Source of the DNA: Octopus vulgaris | Taxonomy: Eukaryota | Length of the DNA stretch: 64,000 bases | Direction of reading: 5' to 3' | Assembly: GCA_951406725.2 (NCBI GenBank) | Contig: OX597833.1 | Location: 25,482,001 to 25,546,000, forward strand | Shown: positions 54,363 through 64,000 of the stretch, piece by piece | Position numbering within the stretch: position 1 is the first letter of the stretch | Layout of the letters: the number at the start of each line of letters is the position of its first letter | The notes under the pieces: generated by a model | What the model was told of the DNA's origin: nothing | The model's database searches: none | The model's input: only the letters and a program-made list of their open reading frames with translations | Made by a program: the position numbers and the translations under genes

Positions 54363-54970
54363 CAACCTGAAAAAGCTTTAGATCTGTTGTTGATTTTGGC
54401 CACGATTCAATAACTGAAGCATGTAAAAGAATAAATACCTGTTCATTTTCGAAGTCAGATTCCGCCGAATGTCAATATATTCTTACTTCACTAACGGTAC
54501 GAGAGTCACCATCAACGCTCCACCATTACTACTAACACTCAATAGTTATCACAACCACCGCCACAAATACCGCCGCCATCACTGCTAGTCCCCATCACGA
54601 GCACGTCAACTCTAACCCATCCCACCTATTCAGTCTCTTATCATTTATCACCCAAGTCCAATTAAATAGAAGACACTTATTGACTTCCGCTCCATCGAAC
54701 TATCGACTGGACCACCTTGTAGAATTTATTCATTTATTTATTTTTAAACTGGTGGATCACAATCTCTTCCTTCCTTCCTTTCTTTCTTTCGTCCCTTCTT
54801 TCTTTCTTTCTTTCTTCTTTTCTCTCTCTGTCTATCTCTCACACTCTCTCTCAGTCTATTCCTCACAACACAAACAGACACACAGACGCAGACACCCCCC
54901 CACACACACACGTCGCAACTACACACAAGATATAAAAGTATATATACATATATAGACATACATGTATGTA

Positions 54971-55195
54971 TTGGGTTGTCCAGAAAGTTCGTGCCGATTT
55001 TTAAAGGAAAGAAAAAGGTCAATAAATACTTGCCGTTACATATTTAATCAACTAAATATGAAACATTTTGTTGCACAATGCGTCTCCATCTTTCCTCTAA
55101 CTTGAAAATACCCTTTTCCCAGAACTGTGGTGCATGGGAGGGTAAGTCGAAAGGTAAGCCACTATAAATCGGCACGAACTTTCCGGACAACCCAA
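54971..55195 (-). mobile_element. Mariner-derived MITE (225 bp)
   Basis: 30-bp TIR ttgggttgtcc(a/g)gaaagttcgtgccgattt with 1 mismatch; TA on both sides; the interior keeps a mariner C-terminus FWEKGIFKLEERWRRIVQQNVSYLVD* on the minus strand. Confidence 0.92.
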
Positions 55196-55649
55196 TATTT
55201 ATTTGTGTGTACCAATGAACATACCAATATCTCTATCTATTATCCATTTAATGACATATTTTTGCGTGTGTTTGTGTGTATGTGTGTGTGTGTGTGCGTG
55301 CATGTGTGCGTGTGTGTGTACATACTTGTGTGTAAAAGATTTGCTTTTCTGTTTCGACACCTTTCACAGAAATTTTCTATCCTCTTCTACGTGTAAGTTC
55401 TCTATTTCTACAAACCTCTCTCACCTTCTTTCTCACCTTCCTCTCTCTTTCCCCTTCCCCTTCCCCTCTCTTTCTGATCCTGTCTCTATTTTAGCGTGAG
55501 TTCCCTCACTTTCTCACCAGCTGTATAAATATATATATATTATCGATTTCTCTCTAGCACTCTTCGTTCACTGTGTCCACCCTATACTTTTGGTCTATTT
55601 GTAGAATCGTTTTATCTTTCTATCTATCTTACAATCGCTTAATTTCACA

Positions 55650-55650
55650 T

Positions 55651-55692
<42 letters not shown>

Positions 55693-55693
55693 T
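55650..55693. repeat. (ATCA)n microsatellite
   Basis: Direct reading. Confidence 0.95.
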
Positions 55694-55922
55694 AATCAGT
55701 CAATTTATTTTTCTACCTGTCGAGCTGTCTGTCTGTCTGTCAGTTTATATATCTGTATTGTTTTGCGTATGCTCCTTAGTGTCGGAGTCATAGAGACGCC
55801 GTCATCACATACGTCACACATTGTGGGCTTGGCCATCATACCTGTCCAGATGTAATCTCAACTAATTCCTTCTGGAGAGAGAGAGCAAGAGAAAGTAGGA
55901 GAGCTATAGAAAGCAGAAGAGC

Positions 55923-55957
<35 letters not shown>

Positions 55958-56985
55958 GAAGACAGAGGGACAGAGGGAGTAGGAGAGAGAGTGCTAGAGT
56001 GAGAATCATTCCCGGGATTTAACTGGTAGCTTCCTTATCTAAAGAGAAACAAAGAAGAGCAAAGCTGGTCTCGGCAGACTTTGAACCCAGAGCACATTTG
56101 AAGCCGGTTCTAAGCTACATTCCATTGCATCAGCCGAAATAATATATATTACGCTGTACAGTTGTATTGAGTACCTCTTCGGAATGTTACTTATCAGTGT
56201 ACACACCGACTTGAACACATACATGCGTATCTCCCCATCACCACACACATAACAACAACATTTATGTGTAATTCGTACTGTATATTTTTGTATTATACCT
56301 TATGCAATTGATTATCTTTTGTACATCCGTCTCCCTCTAAATAGAATGGCTTGTCTATTAAAAAGTTTTGTATTTGTGAAGACATTCAAATAATGAGCAC
56401 AGTATTATAATTCTGATTATTGTTGTTGTTGTTGTTGTTGTGACTGTTGTTGTTACTATTAAAACTACTACTATTAGTAGAACAACAACAACAATAGTAT
56501 GAATGGCTGATAGCGGGTTATTGGCAACATAGATACAATGATAGAGAGAAATAAAACAGAAACATAGATAGACACACACGTTTCACACCAAGTCACACGT
56601 TCAAACATATATATATATAGAAATACACGAATACAAACACGAAAGGAAAATCCGCACGAACACACACCCACACGAGTAGCTCATCCGCACAGTTTATATA
56701 TAGAGTAACAAAGAGAGAAGGAGAGAGAGAGAGACAGGAGGAGAGCGAGGAAGAGTGAAAGAAGCGAAAGACATCAGACATTCATACGCACACACGAATA
56801 TATCATTATTTACGCACAGACATAAACACATACGTACATATATACACACTTCCGTACATACACCAATATACAATCACACATACAGACAGGAAGGTGGATA
56901 CCAATGCATGCACATTGACATTCACATTGGCAAACATACACAAACATACAGACATATACAGCCATATAGTTCAAATTTACAGAAG

Positions 56986-57020
<35 letters not shown>

Positions 57021-57752
57021 TGCAACACAGAATCAGACACACGCATGCACACATACATCCACCACTATCACTGTTACGCCAAACTTTCACTCAATAATCT
57101 ATTGTAGATTCACAAAATTTCATTATCACTTTACGCTAAAGTCTTGTTCAAATGGACAGTATTTCCTATCAAGCAAGGAATTTTCTTCATTCAATGGCGT
57201 ATTTCAAACTTTTACCGTATTCTATAAGTAGAGATTATATCGCTATAACGACTCCTTCACTACCATCTCTACCACCGCGACATTGCCACCACTACCACTA
57301 CCACTACCACCCGATTTCATTTCGATGTGTTTAACGAATATATTGATTCCTGAAGACGAAGTCTTAATATAAATAGCAATTCTTGTTCAAACGAACATAC
57401 AAGAGGAAATTTCTATTGATTAGACAGAGGTCCCTATAATTCTCGAAGGAGGTAATAAATATATAAAAACAGAGGAAATTGTGACATTTACGTATTCCTC
57501 CTCTGCACTAACAAAAGCATTATCAACAATGAAAGTGGTTTCATAAACCGTAACTGCATCATTGTTACATAATTTGCAACTGTCTTACATAATGTGACGA
57601 ATTTCTCTTTCTCATCGCACGATTCTACCTCTTTTCAGGGGGCAGAAATATATGTCAACTTCTTGCTCACTCCTAGAAAATTCCTCGGGAAAGGTGACAC
57701 ATCTTCGCCACAAGTGTTTCTTTGACTGAAACTTATTTATGTTAAGAGTTAC

Positions 57753-57851
57753 CCCTTTTCAGTTGCGACATTTGCAAACCTGTCTTGCTGTTGGCGGCGG
57801 TGTCGCTGTTGTTTAGCGAGTTGTCAAAATCGCTTTCATTCGTATTATAAA
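57753..57851 (-). CDS. Candidate internal coding exon (99 nt, phase 1-1), product unknown
   Basis: Acceptor catgtttttgtAG; donor AGGG|gtaact (alternative ACAG|gtttgc gives 75 nt); only one open frame, YNTNESDFDNSLNNSDTAANSKTGLQMSQLKR; locally GC-richer and not repeat-derived. Confidence 0.38.
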
Positions 57852-59459
57852 CTACAAAAACATGAATATCCTTTGAATCAAGCTTTTTATATTTCATGTG
57901 CAAGTATATATTCTGTATATATTTGATCACAGTTTATCTTTGTAATAGTTTTATGTTTCATCTCTGTTTTATAGTATATTTTCTATTTTCTATCCTTTTG
58001 ATTGTGCGATTGTGTGTAACTTCAAAAGTATTGCTTGTGGGCGGGGAGTTTTCCAGCAATGTTATTTATTCAATAACTAGAAAAAGTATTCTAAAACGAT
58101 ATATTTCGTTCAAATTAGGCGGAAAAAAATTAAACTATCATTTTATGCAGAAAGCTACAATTTAAATCAAGAAAAGATTTTACATAGTACTTATATTCTG
58201 ACACTACTTATTCAAATACATTTGGTTCCCAGCCCTACGACTAATGATAAAAATTTAAAGAGAAAGCTACAGTTTCCTTGTAATTGTGTGTCACTTTATT
58301 TTATCGTTCTCGGGAAGATAAACGGTAGAGTCGATCTTCTTAGAAATTGAACTCAGAATATAAAAGACCATAATTAAATATGTAGATATGAAGGTAATTT
58401 CTTATAGCTTAACCTGAAATAGATTTTGCATTGAAAGCAGAAACACTGACTTCTAACTTCCAAAGAGAAATGACAAATAAGATTTCAAGCAGTATAGAAA
58501 ACACCCGTAATTTTCAAATTTAATTCGGCTGTGAAATTCATCAGCTGACACAATAGGAACACGGTTGAGAGAGTTCCGTATGAAATATATGATGCAGAAC
58601 TAGATTGGAAAGTGTGTCATCGACAAAATATTATTCATTTATAACTAAAACAACCAACTGACATGATTCATGTTATTCTTAATACTACTATTGTATTATT
58701 ACTTTATCGAACCTGAAACGCTGAAAGCAACGTTGAACTCTGCCGCAGATTTAAAGGTGTAAAACGATGCAATTAAATATTCCAAAGCGTGAAGGGATCG
58801 ATTTCATCGACTGTTAGATCTTTTCCCACAATATGTGGCCATCTGACTAATTTAAGGGAAAATCATTATTAATACTATCGGAATATTGTGTTGGCAGACA
58901 TATGTAGCGCCAGACAGCGAGCGTCGCCCCGAAAGTAGCATAACATATATGAGAGCAAATATTGAAGATCACGGGTAAATAGGCGCATGCAGAAAGTCTG
59001 TCTGTCTGTCTTTATATATATATATATATATATACACACACATATATACTCATACACATACAATGCATGCCGGAAGATATGCACTGCAAAGAGAAGTTTC
59101 ACTATCTACTGGTCGTAGATTACGGTTCACCTCAAATTTATTAAATGAAACTCTAATATATAGTTATGTTTTAAAAGAAAAATATTGCTTGATTTTACTT
59201 GGAAGAAGTGTGTCATTTATACAATTAGAGAAGCATAAGTCTGAAACCAAATTCATTTAAAATGTGATGTTTATTAGTTGCTCAAATATTTTGAATTGAC
59301 TAATAAAATAAAAATAGCGAAGTATATTTAATGTTGACATTTTAACAAAAGTAATCTGTTACAAGTGGCTGATTGTAAAGAATCTTGTTTCAGGTATTTA
59401 TCATCTGAATACATTCGATGTCAGCAATGACTTTCTTGTGTGTGTTTGTGAGTTATATA

Positions 59460-59760
59460 GATTTCAAGTTTTGGTTCAATTCCGGGGGTGGAGTTAAGTC
59501 GATTACATCGACTCCAGTACTCAACTGGCACTTATTTAATCGACTCCAATAATAATGGTTTCTGATTAAGGCACAAGGTCAGTAACTTTGAAGGGTAAGG
59601 GCTAGTTGGCACTATTGACCACTGTCCAAGTACTTGCCTGAAACTAATTTTCCGAACCTTCGTAAAAAATGAAAAGCAATGACAACCGTGGCAGAATTTG
59701 TAAAGAGTAGAAAAAATGATGCAAAGCATTAAATATTCTGCCTCTGGCGCAGATATGATT
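59460..59760 (-). mobile_element. Two tandem Meta-core SINE fragments
   Basis: gtcgattacatcgactccagt; ggcacaaggtcag...gcagaatttg. Confidence 0.7.
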
Positions 59761-60656
59761 CTGATAAATTTCTGATAACTTTTCCTGAATTGATCAACAG
59801 TAGGTTGTATACTAATAACACATAAATAACATACCCTGCAGCGAGATTATAATGAAACAAAATGTCTATGGATTGAACTCGTTTAGGATACATCCATATC
59901 AGTATCTACCTGGTCGAGTATTGTTTTGCATGTGATAGAAATTCATACCATTAGAATTCCTTGGTGTTGTTCCAAAATATGCAATCAATAGAAATATCGG
60001 AAGCAGTTCTGGACAGGGTTGACGTTGCAGATGCAAATATCGCCATATTAAATTCTCTGCAGCATTCAGCTATATCCTCCTTTCTCACAGTACCAACATA
60101 CTTGATTATTAGTATCTGTTTTGGCTGTAGTAAAGTAGATTGTTGCTGTTGGCTGTCATAGTTTTAGCCCAAGGTCAGCACTGATGGAACCGATATATTT
60201 TAGAAAATAGAACTAGGAATTTTATATGTGTTTGTGTGTACGACTATGTGCGCGCGCGCGTGTGTGTGGTTGTGTGGTTTAGAAGCTCATATTGCAACCA
60301 GATGGTGTCGAGTTCATTCCTACGACGTCGCACCTCGAACAACAATCTTCCATTATAATCCAGAGAATGAATTTAGTTGACAGAAAATGTATGTGTATGT
60401 GTTTATATAAATACATATGTGCGCGCGCGCGCGTGTCTGTGTGTCTTTGTGTTTATATCTTCCAACACTGGACAACTGACGTTTCGCTGCTTCATGACTG
60501 TAATTTAGCGGTTGGCTCAAATTGAACAACTGAATAAGAACCAGAATTAAAATACGTAAGTACTGGAGTCAATGTAGAAGACACTAGCACAGAGTGACAC
60601 GCAGCGTGAGATTGGGAAGCAAGCTTCTTACCACACAGCCACACCTGCGCCTACTT

Positions 60657-61213
<557 letters not shown>

Positions 61214-61519
61214 AGAGAAAGATGGGTATATAAAGTTAGAAAGAAGGGAAAGGGTGAGAAGCAGAGTAGGATAGTGATAAATTACCCTATTAATCTAAAA
61301 ATGTCCAACTGCCAAACATTTCAACAAGTTAAGCTGTCAGAGTATATCGTCTCCAGATGAATCTCAGATTGTTCAGTCTTCTGTCAGCAGCACATCAGTC
61401 AGTTCCCTTGGGTATCATTCTGAATAGCTACCGGATTAATTCTAGCTGGCCACACAAGAGTGCACAGGACCTTGATGAGCGCTCTCTTTATCGTTTACTT
61501 TTTTCAGTTACTAGAATGC

Positions 61520-61730
61520 GATCCTGCCTGGGCGCCGCGTTGAAGAATATTCGTCAAACTAATCGACCCCAATATGTACTTTCTTTTTAAGTCCGGTACT
61601 TGTTCTATGGAGGTATTTTGCCGAACCGCTAAATTACGGGGTCGTATGCACACTAACACCGTTTTCGAACTGAACCCAGGACGCATGTAGTTTAGAAGTA
61701 AGCTTCTTGTCACACAGCCACGCCGGCACC
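61520..61730 (-). mobile_element. Internally deleted OR2-like SINE
   Basis: tttgccgaaccgctaaattacgggg...gaactgaaccc...cacacagccacgccggcacc. Confidence 0.75.
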
Positions 61731-63149
61731 TTTGTTGAATTCATCGCAAACCAAAATATCGATAATAAACAGTAAAGAACTAATATTACAATGATTGCTG
61801 ATCTTGTTATTTAATCATTCTTAATAAGTTGTCCTGATTTACTAAGCATGGACCTATGATGAAAGGTTTCGTACTCATGGTGTTCGCTCCGTGCTTTGGG
61901 AGATGGTTTTACAACAACATTATTTACTATGCCCTTATCAATCTTAGTTAGTAAGATGTAATTAATGATAAATGCCTGATATTTGAAGAAGGATGGTTCG
62001 TTTGACAATATAAAGCTGTTCTCTCTTTCATAGTTGGTTCCGTTATAATACTCTTATAACGTTGCTGCTGTTATTTAAATCCCACCGTTATGAATCGGGT
62101 AGGTTCAGAATAGATGGCATTCCACCTTGTGGTGAACTCGCCTTTTATTTAAAATCAATGCCTCTACAATTATTTTCTTCTATGCATCCTATATTTTGCG
62201 ATATTTTGAAATATAATTTGAAGGGGAATTCCTTCTTATTTCTAGCATATAGGCTGACTGCATAAAGTATTCTAGTTTCGTTCGAATTGGTTCGAATATT
62301 TAATACTATTGTTCTGGTTTGGGTTTAGCTCCAATTTAAACAGCCTCTGACCAGTAACAGTAGCTAGAACTACACTTATCACGCACCTTTTCTTTCTTCT
62401 AAAGAAACCGATTTTGATGTATACGTGTTTGCTATTTAGATCAAGTGATATGACTGTTACAGGTTCCCTCATAGTCTCAAGTATTATATAAGTAGGTTCA
62501 AATTATTGTCATTCTTATTGCTGCTGTTTAGCATGATCCAGCAGACTCATGATTAAAGATTTTCCATTTGTAACCATTTCATTTATTTTTCTTTTATCTT
62601 TTTTTATTATTATTTTGATATATCAATTGAATGTGTATAATACTTTTTTTCAACATGCTAGTTAGAGAGGTTCGCTGTTATTTCTAACATATCGACCGAC
62701 CGCATACTAATACCGTCATCGGATCTCGTATTGCAGCAGTATTCAGAAATGGTGTATTTCACCGCTGCTATTTGGTAGAGCAAGCTATACGAGGAAGGAA
62801 TTCACCAAAGAAATTCCACAAGCTACAGAGAATCAAAGACGAGAAGAGTGAGAGTGAATGGGAGGGAAGGAAGGAGAGAGGGGGAGAAAGAAGAGAGAGA
62901 GGACGTGAAAGATGAGGAAATAGGTTAAATGAAAATCAATATTCGATATGACACAAGTGGAAGCAAAAGATAGGATAGGGCTAGCTAAATATAGAACACA
63001 AAACATTAGATTTACGACTAAAATATATTGGTGTTGAGGTATCGACGGCAAAATATTGAAAAAACTCATAAAATCTAAAAAAAATTTAATATAAAAACGG
63101 ATATCCTCATCTCATAGACGCATATATTGACTTGATTGCATATAACTGC

Positions 63150-63750
63150 AGCTACATATACACATCTTTGAATGTGTTTGTGTGTGTGTGTGCATGTATT
63201 TGCTCGCGACTGAACATACGTACACATAAGATTCTGTAGTCGCATACACATACATATATTAAAGTGTATGTAAATCTATCTATCTATATATATATATATA
63301 TATATATGTTAAACGTATTTGGAACGAGCAATTAAATTTGAATGCGAAATATATATTTGTATATATGTATATATGTAGGCATGTATATATATATATATAT
63401 ACATACATACATATATATATATACATGCACACACATATATGCACACATGCGCACCATCGCACACGTGCACATGTGCATACATATATGAGTGTTTATGAAA
63501 TATGCATTTACAAACATCAATTACAGTTCAAAGAGAGAATACATATAAATATAATACATATACATATGCATACTTATATAAATATACATACATATGAATA
63601 TATATATATATATATCTTGAGATATATATACACATAATATACATGTATACTTGCATATATACATACATATATACATACATGCATACACGTATACATACAT
63701 ATACTTATATGTTCACTTATTCATTTTCACATGCTCATATATACACATCT
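63150..63750. repeat. Degenerate (TA/CA/TG)n low-complexity region
   Basis: Direct reading. Confidence 0.9.
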
Positions 63751-64000
63751 TTTATTGTAATTTTGGTAGAATGTGCAGACATCTTCGTTCGTAAGCTGCT
63801 GAAATATAGTAATCGAATGAATAAAACAACCAACACAAAACAAAACAAAAAAGATGCAACAGATAAACAAACAAAAATAACAAAATAGATATTGGAACTG
63901 GCAGAAGGAATGTATATGATCTAAACGAACAAGATATGAGAACATTGCAGCAGAATGATGTGTTCATATCAGAAAGTGTAGACGAATAGAAAGCTTTAAT

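Noticed and set aside
59950-60060. Minus-strand hydrophobic frame (ELLPIFLLIAYFGTT) ending at a phase-1 GTATGA donor, a possible signal-peptide exon upstream of 57851
   Set aside because: No in-frame ATG after the upstream stop and no good acceptor; too speculative without transcripts.

Overview
AT-rich, microsatellite-saturated animal (eukaryotic) DNA with no prokaryotic features and no complete gene. The two dominant SINE families match, from memory, the tRNA-derived SINEs of Octopus (a CORE-type OR2-like SINE and a Meta/MESC-core SINE), so this is most likely an intronic or intergenic octopus segment; that assignment is inference. Nearly all ORFs in the supplied track are simple-repeat translations. 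Supportable content: more than 40 SINE copies or fragments; a near full-length, dead DD41D (rosa) Tc1/mariner element; two internally deleted DD37D (maT) elements; a 225-bp mariner MITE; Merlin-like MITEs, one carrying telomeric repeats; four R4/Dong-type, one RTE-type and one CR1-type LINE fragment; and a probable non-autonomous Helitron. There are also several (TA)n-embedded, Penelope-like remnants with hammerhead-ribozyme motifs (one nearly intact at 24961) or fold-back hairpins. The most unusual structures are a 259-bp inverted pair 2 kb apart with no mismatch I could find (35022-37505), a ~109-bp-arm hairpin (38430-38665), and a 556-bp element sitting inside (AAT)n (17226-17781). Two short, frame-preserving candidate exons on the minus strand (57753-57851, 53389-53508) hint that the window lies inside a large gene. 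I see no evidence of a new multi-gene system.
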